64,000 bases of DNA from Candidatus Bathyarchaeota archaeon (GTDB taxonomy: Archaea > Thermoproteota > Bathyarchaeia > Bathyarchaeales > Bathycorpusculaceae), in assembly GCA_963775895.1 (NCBI GenBank), contig CAVZKL010000028.1, forward strand, positions 11,897 through 75,896. Direction: 5' to 3'. The number at the start of each line of letters is the position of its first letter. The first letter of the stretch is position 1. Shown here in pieces: positions 12,886-24,053 of the stretch. The position numbers and the translations under genes were made by a program. The notes under the pieces were generated by a model that saw only the letters and a list, made by a program, of their open reading frames with translations, was not told the origin of the DNA and did not search any database.

Positions 12886-12899
12886 CAGGTTAAATATTG
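12886..12899 (+). promoter_or_regulatory. Putative TATA box of the major pilin gene
   Basis: CAGGTTAAATATT about 40 nt before ATG 12937 in an AT-rich intergenic region. Confidence 0.45.
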
Positions 12900-12936
12900 A
12901 ATAATAAGATTTCATAAGCATACAAAGGTGAGAAGT

Positions 12937-13420
12937 ATGACTAAAAAAACGATCAAATCGAGAAAAGCCATATCACCGATACTAGCCACACTCTTACTCG
13001 TCGTCATAGCAGTAGCTGCGATAGTCGTAACCTACGCGTGGATCATGACCTACATGAACAACGCGAATCATCAAGCTGGCGTCATTCTCTTCATGGCGAA
13101 CGTGAACTTCTACAACGACAGCGGCACACCGAAAATCGCCATCGACATAGGCGACTCTGGAACACAAGGAACCAACATCGCACTCTTATACGTTGGAACG
13201 TCAGAAACAAACATGCAGAACCAAACATTCACTCCAGCACAGCCTCCTGTGACGCAATGGCGTATTTGCAACGATCACGATAAACTACAACTGGACACAA
13301 GGCACGATATATTATTTCAAAGTGCTGGGCCAAGCAGGAGCGACCCTCGGACCCGTTTCAGCACAAGCACCAGTCAGCCTAAGAAAAAACACGACAATCT
13401 CAGTTTCCTTTCCGATTTGA
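12937..13420 (+). CDS. Archaeal type IV (probable major) pilin; indel ~13253
   Basis: SRKA|ISPILATLLLVVIAVAA class III signal. The alternate frame after ~13255 gives NGVFATITINYNWTQGTIYYFKVLG, a typical pilin C-terminal strand pattern. 3' end approximate. Confidence 0.85.
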
Positions 13421-13488
13421 AAAACCGACCGCATTCGCCGAAATCTCGTCAGAAAGAAATATAACGATTCAACGACATCAACACAAAG

Positions 13489-14304
13489 GTGCAAAGCTCT
13501 CAAATACTCGATGCTGCAAGGATCGCACTAGTCGCGGTTTTCTTTATTTACGCGTCGTGGAGCGACCACAAATCCCGCGAAGTCAGCGATACGGTGTGGC
13601 TACTCCTAGGCCCCCTATCTTTAGCTTTAACACTCACAGAATTATTCGTTTTCTACTCTTCACAACTGATCTCTTACGCCGCATGTTTCGGCGTGACCGC
13701 AGCTTTTGCGGTTATCCTTTTTTACTCAGGCGCCTTCGGAGGCGCTGATGCGAAAGCCCTGATGTGTCTGGCACTCGCATTGCCATTCTACCCAGGCGGC
13801 CTGTTGACACCTCTGGCAGGGGATCCGTCACTGATATCGACCATGTTCTTTCCAATCACGGTGTTCAGCAATTCGGTACTGTTCGCAGCGCTGTCAGCAG
13901 TCGCGTTGCTTCTCTACAACGCGGTGTGGCGTCTGAGAACACGTAGAGAATTGTTCGAAGGAAATCAGCGAAACGAATCCATAGGAAAGAAGGCGTTAGT
14001 TCTAGTTACAGGCTACAAAGCTGCCATCAGTAAGCTGAAAGAAAAATGGCACGTGTACCCGATGGAAGACATAGAACAAGACCCAGACAAAGGATACAAA
14101 AGAAAACTGATAATCCTGCCAAAAGACGAAGGCAGAAACGAAATCGTGGACAGACTCAACAAGGCGGTTGAGACAGGAACCATAAAAGACGGTGTCTGGG
14201 CCACCCCAGGGCTCCCGATGCTGATATTCATCACAGCAGGACTTCTTGTCGCACTGTTTGTGGGCGACATCGTCTGGATATGCATTCGTCTGGCTCTCGG
14301 TTAG
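13489..14304 (+). CDS. Prepilin/preflagellin peptidase, A24 family (PibD/FlaK-like)
   Basis: YASWSDHKSREV and FGGADAKAL catalytic aspartates; C-terminal VWATPGLPMLIFI; multiple TM helices. Confidence 0.92.
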   Translation: MQSSQILDAARIALVAVFFIYASWSDHKSREVSDTVWLLLGPLSLALTLTELFVFYSSQLISYAACFGVTAAFAVILFYSGAFGGADAKALMCLALALPFYPGGLLTPLAGDPSLISTMFFPITVFSNSVLFAALSAVALLLYNAVWRLRTRRELFEGNQRNESIGKKALVLVTGYKAAISKLKEKWHVYPMEDIEQDPDKGYKRKLIILPKDEGRNEIVDRLNKAVETGTIKDGVWATPGLPMLIFITAGLLVALFVGDIVWICIRLALG

Positions 14305-14367
14305 AGTCGTCTAGTTTTTAAATGCCCAAAACAATCTTGATCATTGAGCGGCTAGACTCAACAGGGT

Positions 14368-15740
14368 ATGAAAACTTTGACGAAAATGTTCGGCAGCTCA
14401 GGAGTCCGCGGCCTGGTAAATGACGATCTTACACCCGCACTTGCGGCGCAAATCGGCTCCGCTGTCGGGACACACTCAAACGCAAAACTCGCACTTGTTG
14501 CCCGAGATACGAGAACTTCAGGTCTCGAACTCGAAAACGCCCTGGTATCTGGACTTCTTTCCAGTGGAACCAACGTCAAAATACTGGGAACGGTGCCCAC
14601 TCCAGCATTAGCTTTCTTGACACGTAAAATGAACGCAGACGTAGGCATAATGATAACCGCTTCACACAATCCGCCTCAATACAACGGCATCAAAATCTTC
14701 ACCCCCCAGACTCTTGCATACAATGAGCAGGACCAAACACGAAATTGAAAAAATCATAGACCACAAGCGCTTCAAACGAGCGAATTGGCAAAACATAGGC
14801 GAAGCCCAATCAACCGATCAGACTCAACTGTACGTCGAGATGATAACACGATCAGTTCAACTTCGCAGAAGATGGCACGTGATCGTTGACCCGGGATGTG
14901 GAGCCACGTACAAATCAGCTCCAGCAGCGTTGAAAGCTCTGGGTTGCAAAGTAACAACGCTGAACGCTCAACCTGACGGGTTCTTCCCTGCAAGGAGCCC
15001 AGAGCCGAACAAAGACTCTTTGAAACCTCTCGCCAGAATCGTAAAAAACTTGGATGCCGATCTGGGTCTCGCCTACGATGGCGACGGTGACAGAGTGGTC
15101 TTCATAGATGAAAATGGAGTGCTGGCAGATTTTGATCGTGTTCTCGCCGCCTATGCCGGATATGTAATCGAAAAGAATCGCGGCGGGATCGTTGTAACAA
15201 ACGTGGAAGCTTCGATGTGTATCGACAAAATGGTCGAAACGAATAATGGAAAAGTTGTCAGATCCAGAGTCGGAGACGTTTACCTTTCAGAAGTGATGAA
15301 AGAAAAAAGGCGCAATCTTCGGCGGAGAGCCTTGCGGTGCCTGGATACATCCAGGGTTCCATTACTGCCCCGATGGCATTCTTTCATCCGCACTGGTTTT
15401 GAAAACCCTCGATGAGAAAGATGAAAAATTGACAGAACTCGTCTCTGAAACACCCGAATACCATACATTGCGAAAAAACATCGCATTCGACGCAGAGGTC
15501 AAACACAAGATAATTGAGAAAGTGGGCAAAAACTTTCAAAGCATCTTCAATAACAGTAATGGGTTTTCAAAAGTTGATGGCATCCGTATATCACTAGAAG
15601 CTGGGTGGATTCTGATCAGAGAGTCAGGAACCGAACCCTTGGTGAGACTCACAGTTGAGGGTGAATCGTTAAAAACAGCTAGAAACATAATGGAGAAAGG
15701 TATTGTGCTCGTGGAACAATCGGCTAGGGAAGGGAAATAG
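14368..15740 (+). CDS. glmM: Phosphoglucosamine mutase (phosphohexomutase); split by 2 indels
   Basis: [27 protein letters not shown] (alternate frame), IRESGTEP. Shifts ~14737 and in the A-run ~15305. Confidence 0.88.
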
Positions 15741-17013
15741 TTGAAAGCAGCAATCTTGGCCGCTGGAGAAGGAGTGAGACTCCAACCAATAACAGCAACA
15801 AGGCCAAAACATCTGATAAAGATTGGCGGAAAGTCAATTCTTGAACACTGCCTCAACGCATTGAAAGCATCAGGCACCAACGAAGTTGTAATAGTCGTCC
15901 ACTACATGGCGGACGCGATAAAAACACTTTTTGATGACGGGAAAAAGTTGGGGTTAAAAATTGAATACGCCGAACAGAAGGGAATCTTCGGCACAGGCAA
16001 CGCCGTGAGCGTCGTCGAACCCTACATGAAAGAAGATTTTCTGCTTGTGAACGGAGACTTGCTTTTCGACGCGGAAGCGGTAAGAACAGTCATCAACCTT
16101 CACCAGAAAGAAAAACCCGCAACCACGATGGCAATAGTCCCCGTCGAAAAACCCGAAAACTACGGAATAGTTGAGCTTGAAGGCGACAACAAGGTCAAAC
16201 GGATAATAGAGAAACCAAAACGCGAAGAAACCCCAACGAACCTCGCAAACGCGGGAATCTACGCCTTCTCCACAGAGATATTCAGTAAGCTGAAAGAGAC
16301 TGCGCCGTCATCCAGAGGTGAATGGGAAATCCCAGACGCACTTTCGCTTTTCATAAAAGAGAACAAGACAGTAATGGCTGCAAAAATCGCCAAAGAACAG
16401 TGGCTCGACATAGGAAGCCCATGGGACCTACTTGAAGCAAACCGCTGGGTTCTCAACAAGAATGAAGCCCAAATCAAACGGCATCATAGAGAACGGAGCA
16501 CACCTTCTCGGACACGTAACAGTAGCGGAGACAGCACGGATACGTTCAGGAGCTTACATTGAAGGACCCACTTGTATTGAAGAAGAAAGCGACATAGGAC
16601 CAAACTGTTACATCAGAGCGTACACCAGCATAGGCAAAAGAGTAAGAATAGGAAATGCCTGCGAAATCAAGAACAGCATAATCATGGATCACGCCCACAT
16701 CGGTCACCTTTCCTACGTCGGCGACAGCATCATCGGCGAAAAATGCAACCTCGCAGCCGGCACGATAACAGCCAACTATCGACTTGACGCCAAGACGGTC
16801 AAAATGATGATCAAAGACAAAATCGTAGACAGTGAACGGAGAAAACTCGGAGCAGTCCTTGGAGACAACGTGAAAACAGGGATAAACGCACTTTTCATGC
16901 CAGGAGTGAAGGTTGGAAACGACAGCTGGATCGGCCCAAACGTTCAGGTTCAAAAAGACGTGCCGCCGAAAAGCATAATCCTCCTGAAACAGGACCTTGA
17001 AAGCAGAAGTTGA
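15741..17013 (+). CDS. glmU: Bifunctional sugar-1-phosphate nucleotidyltransferase/acetyltransferase; one indel ~16455
   Basis: ILAAGEGVRLQP..PK nucleotidyltransferase motif; hexapeptide-repeat domain with HLSYVGDSIIG and RRKLGAVLGD. Confidence 0.88.
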
Positions 17014-17078
17014 ACTGTTATATCACCAATTCTCCGAAAATGATAAATCGTCTGTAGTTATCTTTGATTCGAAGGCTT

Positions 17079-17588
17079 ATGAAAGAGGAAAGAATGGCCA
17101 AACTCTTGCGGGAACTAATCCGCGACTCAAGAAGAAGCGACAGAGAGCTGGCCAAAGCCATTGGAGCCTCCCAACCAACAGTCACTCGAAACAGAAAGCT
17201 CCTAGAAAAATACATCAGGAGCTACACCATAGTTCCCGAGTTCAGCAGAATAGGCTACGAAATGTTGGCAATGACTTTTGCCAAAACAAAAGCCTACAGC
17301 AAAGAAGATAACGAAAAGAAAATGAACTCAGCCCAAGAATGGGTAATGAAACGCCCAAACATTTTCTTTGCATCAGAGGGAGAAGGCCTAGGGAAAGACA
17401 TGGTAATAATCTCCATTCACAGGGATTATTCGAAGTATGCAGAGTTTATGCGAGATTACACCGTCAAGTTTGCAGAGTTCGTAACGGATGTCCAGTCATT
17501 CATCGTAAGCCTGAAGACTGGAAAACTCCTTAAACCATTTGACCTCAAATATCTCTCGGAAGATATAGAAACGACAAGCAGATCCTAG
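17079..17588 (+). CDS. Lrp/AsnC family transcriptional regulator
   Basis: DSRRSDRELAKAIGASQPTVTR HTH, PEFSRIGY linker, RAM-like C-terminal domain. Confidence 0.9.
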   Translation: MKEERMAKLLRELIRDSRRSDRELAKAIGASQPTVTRNRKLLEKYIRSYTIVPEFSRIGYEMLAMTFAKTKAYSKEDNEKKMNSAQEWVMKRPNIFFASEGEGLGKDMVIISIHRDYSKYAEFMRDYTVKFAEFVTDVQSFIVSLKTGKLLKPFDLKYLSEDIETTSRS

Positions 17589-17659
17589 CAGGCAACCGTT
17601 TTCGTTAAAATCTAAAATAGTCGTTCAACAGATTCGTTGGCCAGATAGGAGGTTCAGAA

Positions 17660-18088
17660 GTGTCAGTGGCACAAAGGAAATACTTCACCGAGGTATCAGC
17701 GTTAGCAGACAAGAACGTCATAGTGGTGACTGCAAACGGAAAAAAATTCAGCGGTACACTGATCGGGATTAACCAAGACGACCTAAGCCTTTGTCTATCA
17801 GGCGCCAAAGATGAAGAAGGAAGAATGCTGCACAGGGTTTTCCTGAACGGAAACATCGTAGCGCAAATATTCACAGTTGAAAAACCTTTTGACCTGAAGG
17901 CCTTGGCTGAACGCTTAGAAAAGGTGTTCCCGACGATGGTCAGATTGTACGAGGACAAGGGCTTCATCTGGGTCATGGACAAGGTCAAGTTGACGGAAAA
18001 AGGCGTCGTGGAAGGATCAGGGCCCGCGGCTGAGCGTGTGCAAAAAGTCTACGAATTGTTCATGGGCGAAGTCAAGGGCAAAGCCTAG
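17660..18088 (+). CDS. Lsm/Sm-like RNA-binding protein with C-terminal domain (SmAP3 type)
   Basis: Sm fold (GKKFSGTLIG..LSLCL..VFLNGN) plus Lsm_C-like tail VEGSGPAAERV; AGGAGG upstream. Confidence 0.88.
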   Translation: MSVAQRKYFTEVSALADKNVIVVTANGKKFSGTLIGINQDDLSLCLSGAKDEEGRMLHRVFLNGNIVAQIFTVEKPFDLKALAERLEKVFPTMVRLYEDKGFIWVMDKVKLTEKGVVEGSGPAAERVQKVYELFMGEVKGKA

Positions 18089-18837
18089 ATAAACCAGCGG
18101 AACTGCTGTTCCTCTCTCTTCTTTTCTTCTCCAACATTTCTTATCAGCCCAAACGACTCGAGCACCTTCTTAGTCTCTTCAGCAGCGGCATCCACCCTAG
18201 CAAGATCAACGTTCATCTTCAAAAACTTGTTCAGTGCCGCCAGCGCAACGCGCGCAGCGTTCGCGTCAGGGTAGATCCCCAGTGTGTCGACAAGCAACGA
18301 GAAACTTTTGAAACCTTTGAGTTTGGCCAGTCCGACCATTATGCCCGCGATGCCGAACACTTGCCCGACCATGATTTTCGTTCCGAGTCCAAGGGCTTCC
18401 GCCAGAGTCTCATTGTCTGAGGCAGCGCAATAGATCTGAGGAGCTGTCCTGATCTCCTCCTGCCTGTAGCCGCCCAACGTGATTATGTACTTGCAACCCA
18501 ACTCTTTAGCAACGTCCAGGACACGGCCGCAGAGCTCGTATTGCCCAAAAGTTGTCAATGCTTGAGTATTACCGTACCAAATGACCATGTCACGCTCGTT
18601 GTCCCCTCCCTTATAGTAGTAAAGCTCATTCATAGGCGAGAGTGTTCTGCCGTTGGCAGTAGTCACTGCGAGATCTTGAAAAGAAGAAGAGTGGATCTCG
18701 GCGAAGCGTTGTGCCTTCAACTCATGAATCAAATGCAGAGCTGTTATGTTTGCAACGAAGCCTATCCCTGGTAAGCCTTCGATTAGCACTGGCTCGCGAA
18801 GCGTCGGTTTTTCATTCATCTCCAGTATGCAGACCAT
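18085..18837 (-). CDS. PAC2 family protein (proteasome assembly chaperone-like)
   Basis: LIEGLPGIGFVA, GNTQA...GQYEL, ITLGG, YPDANAA. Confidence 0.9.
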   Translation of the reverse strand: MVCILEMNEKPTLREPVLIEGLPGIGFVANITALHLIHELKAQRFAEIHSSSFQDLAVTTANGRTLSPMNELYYYKGGDNERDMVIWYGNTQALTTFGQYELCGRVLDVAKELGCKYIITLGGYRQEEIRTAPQIYCAASDNETLAEALGLGTKIMVGQVFGIAGIMVGLAKLKGFKSFSLLVDTLGIYPDANAARVALAALNKFLKMNVDLARVDAAAEETKKVLESFGLIRNVGEEKKREEQQFRWFI

Positions 18838-18926
18838 CGAGTCAATTCCTTTACGCGCGTTCGAACGGGTAGTAGATGAAAGACCATGCTATAAGTGTGT
18901 TTTGATAAACCAGAACAGCACTAGGC

Positions 18927-20972
18927 TTATTGAAGCGCCACGAGTTTCAGTTTTTCGAGGTCTCTCACGAACTTCAACGCGAGTTCGGCATCGGTGTCGG
19001 AGTATTCGGCTGAAACAGCACTCAAAATCTGGTACATGTTTCTTTTTCCATCCATGAAATTGAGAATCTCAGCAGCCTTCTTAGAGAATTCCGCATCTTT
19101 CTTATCGATCTCCAGATACCATCCAAAATCCTTTTCACCGAGACCCTTCTTCATCGATCCGAAACTAAGCGTCCCCTTGAAAAGCCTTCGAGGGATAAGC
19201 TTTCTCAACTCATCATTTCTGTCGTTTGGTTCGGCGCCGGGCAAAACCAAAGCAGAAGCATTCGCTACAAAATTCAATGCCTCCTCAAGTCTTGATGTGG
19301 TTCTGCGCCCTGCATCGACAATGTCAATGCAGCATCGGTCCAAGATGAGCTGCATTTCTGGGTTCACTCCGAGTCTCTTTACTGATTGGATCGCCTGCTG
19401 TTCACGCCAGACGACGTGCTCGATTTTGTTTCTGCAGCGGTCAGCGATCTTGACCAGTTCTCTGGCGAGTTGATCCGATTTGTCCTTCAGATTCCGATCG
19501 CCTTTTTTCCCGAAGAGATCCTCGGTCGCCGCTCGGCCGATCTCTTCGATTCTCCCAACGGCTCGGGATGCAGTCTCCATTGCTAGCAGACAACCTTCTT
19601 CAGCATCCGCGCTTGCAAGCGTCAGGGCAGCAACTGTTGCGATCCAACCAACACGTTTGAGACTGTTAACACTCACATTGTCAATCGTGTCCATGCTGGT
19701 GTGATAGAAGAGATCAGGCCACTGCAATAACATGATGCAGGGTACTCCAATAGTTGAGTCTGTGAATTCCGCATGATCGCTTCCTCCGCTAAAAGCGCCT
19801 GTGGCGTACCTGAAAGTTGAAGTTGAACCAAAGGGTGAAGATGCGTCAAACTCCTTCACTGATCGTTCGAAGAGGCTGAAAACATAGTCGTTGAGATATG
19901 ACGGCAAAGAATCAGGGGTACGATCGAGATTAAGCGTTGATCTGCACAGTTCCTGATCTTGTCCAACCATGTCAAGGTTTATTCCCGCGACCAGTCTTCG
20001 AGAACTATCTTCGTGGCGGTGAAGGTAAGCCACCGAACCGCTAGTCTCCGGAACCCACAAGAAACGAATTGTTCTCGCAGGCCGTTCTATCTTGCCATCG
20101 TCAATTAAGACTTTGATGGTTCTTGCCACTTCGAGCAGAAGACCACTTCCTGAAGCGTTATCATTAGCGCTGGGTTTCGGATGACACAAATGTGCGATAA
20201 GAAATATTTCCTCGTTGGGTTTTGACGACCCTTGAATAGTGGCGGTTACCACATCCAATTTTCCCACAAAAAGACGAGCATCCACCTTAGCCTTCAACCT
20301 CACCCGCTTGCCGTCGCTTAGTAGTGCTCTCAAACGATTTCCCTGTCTTTTGCTCAGAGAGAATCCAAATCTCACCTTCGGGAGGTCTTCCGCTGATGGC
20401 CATATGGCTTGGTAGGCATGGGCATCGGGAATATCCAGACTTTCCCTCACGTCTGGCATTTCAAATGTAATCGTGTCGGTGATAACGCCTGCTGCACCAT
20501 ACTTGTAGACAGCTAGTTCATGAACTCGTTTGGCTCTACCGGTTGCAAGCACGAATTTGCCTTTCACGTCTTTTCCTTCATAATCTGCAGGTTTTGTTCC
20601 TGATCCCACCTCAACGAGTTCGGCGGTTACTCCTTCAGGCGGTGTTGCGTTGCTGTGAGTGTGCAGACTCTGAGGCGTGTCTTGATAAGTCACTATCAAT
20701 TTCTCTTCAGGCTCAACGAGACGAAGTTCGGCACTGTTCACCGTCCAACCGATGGGGGAAGTGTGCGTCCAGTATTCTTTTGCTCCGTCGGCGGTATACT
20801 GCTCGATAGTGGCGTCGTCCAAACCCATCTTGATCAATTCATTTTTTACGTGTTCAGCAGCCTCATGGAACATTGTTGAAGCCTGAATCCTGTGAAACCG
20901 TGAAATCTGCGCGACAAACGTTTTCGCAATATTTCCAGAAATTTCTTCCTTGACGATCTTGTTCAAACTCAT
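18927..20972 (-). CDS. M28 family aminopeptidase-like protein (DUF4910) with PA domain
   Basis: AHLCHP, ANDNASG, WVPET, INLDMVG, GGSDH, YHTSMD. Confidence 0.88.
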   Translation of the reverse strand: MSLNKIVKEEISGNIAKTFVAQISRFHRIQASTMFHEAAEHVKNELIKMGLDDATIEQYTADGAKEYWTHTSPIGWTVNSAELRLVEPEEKLIVTYQDTPQSLHTHSNATPPEGVTAELVEVGSGTKPADYEGKDVKGKFVLATGRAKRVHELAVYKYGAAGVITDTITFEMPDVRESLDIPDAHAYQAIWPSAEDLPKVRFGFSLSKRQGNRLRALLSDGKRVRLKAKVDARLFVGKLDVVTATIQGSSKPNEEIFLIAHLCHPKPSANDNASGSGLLLEVARTIKVLIDDGKIERPARTIRFLWVPETSGSVAYLHRHEDSSRRLVAGINLDMVGQDQELCRSTLNLDRTPDSLPSYLNDYVFSLFERSVKEFDASSPFGSTSTFRYATGAFSGGSDHAEFTDSTIGVPCIMLLQWPDLFYHTSMDTIDNVSVNSLKRVGWIATVAALTLASADAEEGCLLAMETASRAVGRIEEIGRAATEDLFGKKGDRNLKDKSDQLARELVKIADRCRNKIEHVVWREQQAIQSVKRLGVNPEMQLILDRCCIDIVDAGRRTTSRLEEALNFVANASALVLPGAEPNDRNDELRKLIPRRLFKGTLSFGSMKKGLGEKDFGWYLEIDKKDAEFSKKAAEILNFMDGKRNMYQILSAVSAEYSDTDAELALKFVRDLEKLKLVALQ

Positions 20973-21060
20973 ACTAAATCACACTCTGCACTGAGCGGAA
21001 ATGTATCTGGTGAATGTTTTTTATATGCGTGTCTATTTTCTTTGTCATAAAGGCTCAACA

Positions 21061-22633
21061 ATGTCTTTTGAAGTAAAGGAAAAAGACCTGCTTGCAAGGA
21101 TTGGCAAACTCAAAACAAAGAGTGGAACCGTCGAGACACCCCTGCTCTTTCCTGTAGTCAACCCAAATACACAGCTCATTTCTCCAAAGAGAATACACGA
21201 GGAATTTGGTTTCGAAGCCTTGATAACTAACGCGTACATACTGAGAAATAACGCAACCAAACAGCCTGCACAAGATGGATTACACAAATTCTTGGGTTTC
21301 GACGGAACCGTAATGACGGATTCTGGCGCCTATCAGATTCTCATTTATGGAGATGTAGAAGTTACTTCCAAACAGATCGTCGAATATCAGGAAATGATAG
21401 GGTCAGACATTGCGACGATATCTAGATATTCCAACAGGCTGGAAAGTGACGGAAGAGCACGCGAGCAGGACCGTTGACGAAACACTCAGAAGAGCAAAGG
21501 AGTTCTTCCAACAAAAGACAAGAGAAGATATTCTCTGGGTGGGTCCAGTTCAGGGAGGAAAATACCTAGATCTTGTATCGAAATCAGCCCGCGCGATGGG
21601 AAAACTGCCGTTTGAAATTCACGCGTTGGGAAGCCCAACAGAAGTGATGGAACGTTACAGGTTCGACGTCTTGGTTGACATGATAATGGCCGCCAAAAAC
21701 CATCTGCCAATCGAGAGACCGCTCCATCTCTTCGGAGCGGGACATCCCATCATGTTCTCTCTGGCGGTAGCCCTAGGCTGCGACCTCTTCGATTCGGCAG
21801 CGTACATGCTTTACGCAAAAGAAGACCGCTACATGACAGAGAACGGCACATCAAGACTTGCGGAACTGGAGTATTTTCCTTGCACATGCCCGAAATGTGC
21901 AGCAACAACACCCAAAAAAATCTCCGAGTTGAGCCCCAGTGAAAGACAAGTCTTCCTCGCCGAACACAACCTATACGTCTGTGCCGCTGAGCTGAAACGC
22001 ATAAAGCAAGCCATAAAGGACGGAAGACTCTGGGAACACACGGAAATGCGAGCACACTCGCACCCATCCATTTTTCACGCGCTGAAAAAACTTGGCGCCT
22101 ACCAAGAAATACTTGAAAAACACGATCCCGCAACCAAGAACAGTGGACTCTTTTACTTCGACTCAAACAGTCTGATGCGACCGGAGATTCTTCGTCATAG
22201 AAAAAGATTGCACGAAAGGCACTCTCCAACGAATGCAAGCGTTCTCATCCTCGCTCCGCAAACGCGAACAAAACCCTTCCACAAATCGATACCCTTTAAG
22301 CGTATGTTAGCTCGCCTCAGTAAAGGGCCTAAAGGAAAACCAATCAAGACGCACGTGTGCTTTTACGCGGCTCCCTTCGGGATCATTCCAATTGAACTTG
22401 ACGAGGTTTACCCACTTTCACAACACGAAATCGCCATTCCTCTAGACGCCGAAACAATGAACTACGTTGCGAGTCAAGTGGAAGAATACATTTTGCGCAC
22501 AGATCACAGCCGGATTGTACTTTTTCACGATGCCGAGATTTGGAAAGATTCGATACTGAAGGCATGCAAAAAAGCCTGTTCCAAGAAAAATGTCAAGCTT
22601 GAATGCGTCAGCCTCAAGAAAAGCCAAGAATAG
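21061..22633 (+). CDS. tgtA: Archaeosine tRNA-guanine(15) transglycosylase without PUA domain; one indel ~21420
   Basis: ARIGKL..ETP, MTDSGAYQ, LDIPTG, HLFGAGHP, CDLFDSAAY, CTCPKC..H zinc site. Confidence 0.93.
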
Positions 22634-22773
22634 TTCCCGCTACAGCTTGCAAAGAATTCTGTCCATAGGATCGAGGTTTAATGGCATTCGGAGCGCGTGT
22701 TTTTTCAACAGGAAGTCAATATGTTTTTAAAAGAGCATAGGGCTTGTTTACTGAAATAGCGGTTGAAAACAAA

Positions 22774-24039
22774 ATGGGACAGCTGCAAATCGGATTTCTG
22801 GGCGGCGCCCGCGAAGTTGGCAGAATAGCAATAACGGTCAAGACAGAAAAAACCCAGGTTTTGCTGGACTATGGGGCCATGCTAGACCATGAGCCAGGGT
22901 TTCCTATGCACATTCCGCCGAAAGACGTCGACGCCATAATCCTGTCCCACAGCCACCTAGACCATTCCGGCGCAATTCCAATATTCTACATTCAGGGAAA
23001 AAGACCGTTGTACGCACATAGAGTAACGACAGAACTGAGCCAGTTACTCATATCAGATTTCATCCACTTGTCCAGTTACTATCTACCGTTTGAGTACTTG
23101 GAATTGAAGTCAATGATGCAAAACAGTAAACATCTTGACTACGGCACCGAACAAAAAGTCGGAGACATGTCATTCCAGTTCAAGAATGCTGGGCACATTC
23201 CCGGAAGCGTACAAATACTCATTGAAGCCGAAGGAAAGAAAGTGCTCTACACAGGCGATTTCAACATAAACGACACAAGACTCCTCGAAGGAGCAAAAAT
23301 GAACTACGGCGACCTTGACGCCGTTGTGATTGAGAGTACGTACGCAAACGAAGACCACACCCAACGACCAGAATTGGAAAGACGATTCGTTGACGAATGC
23401 ACAGAAGTTGTCGAAAAAGGAGGAATAGTCCTCGTTCCAGCCTTCGGAGTCGGAAGAGCCCAAGAACTCACGTGCGTCCTCGCAGCCCATCATTTCGAGT
23501 ATCCCATCACTATCGACGGAATGGCACGTGAAGTGAGCAGAATAATGATGAGCAACCCGCAATCTCTCAAGGATCAAAGAGCTTTCACTGACGCGATACA
23601 TTCAACAAACTGGGTTGAAGGATGGCGGGATCGCAGAAAAGCCTCCAAGATGCCCGGCGTGATCATCTCGCCGGCTGGCATGCTGAAGGGCGGACCTGCA
23701 GTTTTTTACACGTCAAAAATAGGAAAAAAATCCGACAACGCTGTCTTCCTGGTCAGTTACCAGATACCAGGAACGCCAGGAAAAGAGCTGCTTGAAAAAC
23801 ACATATGCGTGATAGACGGAAAGATGAGGAAAATCAAGGCCCGCGTTGAGCATTTTGATTTCTCTTCACACTGCGGTGCGAGCGAGCTCAAAGAAGCACT
23901 GAGAAGACTCGGAGGGAAGCCCAAGGTCTACGTGGTTCACGGCGCCGAAGGAAACTGTGAACTTCTGGCGAAGTGGGCAAGAAGTGAGCTGGGTCTAGAA
24001 GCTATCGCACCGAAAACAGGTGAAAAATTCAAACTCTAA
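22774..24039 (+). CDS. Beta-CASP MBL-fold ribonuclease (aCPSF2-like)
   Basis: GGAREVGR, SHSHLDHSG, AGHIPGS, TGD, ESTY, PAFGVGRAQ, FSSH, VHG; no KH domains. Confidence 0.92.
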   Translation: MGQLQIGFLGGAREVGRIAITVKTEKTQVLLDYGAMLDHEPGFPMHIPPKDVDAIILSHSHLDHSGAIPIFYIQGKRPLYAHRVTTELSQLLISDFIHLSSYYLPFEYLELKSMMQNSKHLDYGTEQKVGDMSFQFKNAGHIPGSVQILIEAEGKKVLYTGDFNINDTRLLEGAKMNYGDLDAVVIESTYANEDHTQRPELERRFVDECTEVVEKGGIVLVPAFGVGRAQELTCVLAAHHFEYPITIDGMAREVSRIMMSNPQSLKDQRAFTDAIHSTNWVEGWRDRRKASKMPGVIISPAGMLKGGPAVFYTSKIGKKSDNAVFLVSYQIPGTPGKELLEKHICVIDGKMRKIKARVEHFDFSSHCGASELKEALRRLGGKPKVYVVHGAEGNCELLAKWARSELGLEAIAPKTGEKFKL

Positions 24040-24053
24040 AGAGAATAGCAACT

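Noticed and set aside
2875-14304. Archaellum operon
   Set aside because: No FlaH, FlaF/G, FlaX or FlaCDE-like genes; subunit layout fits a pilus.
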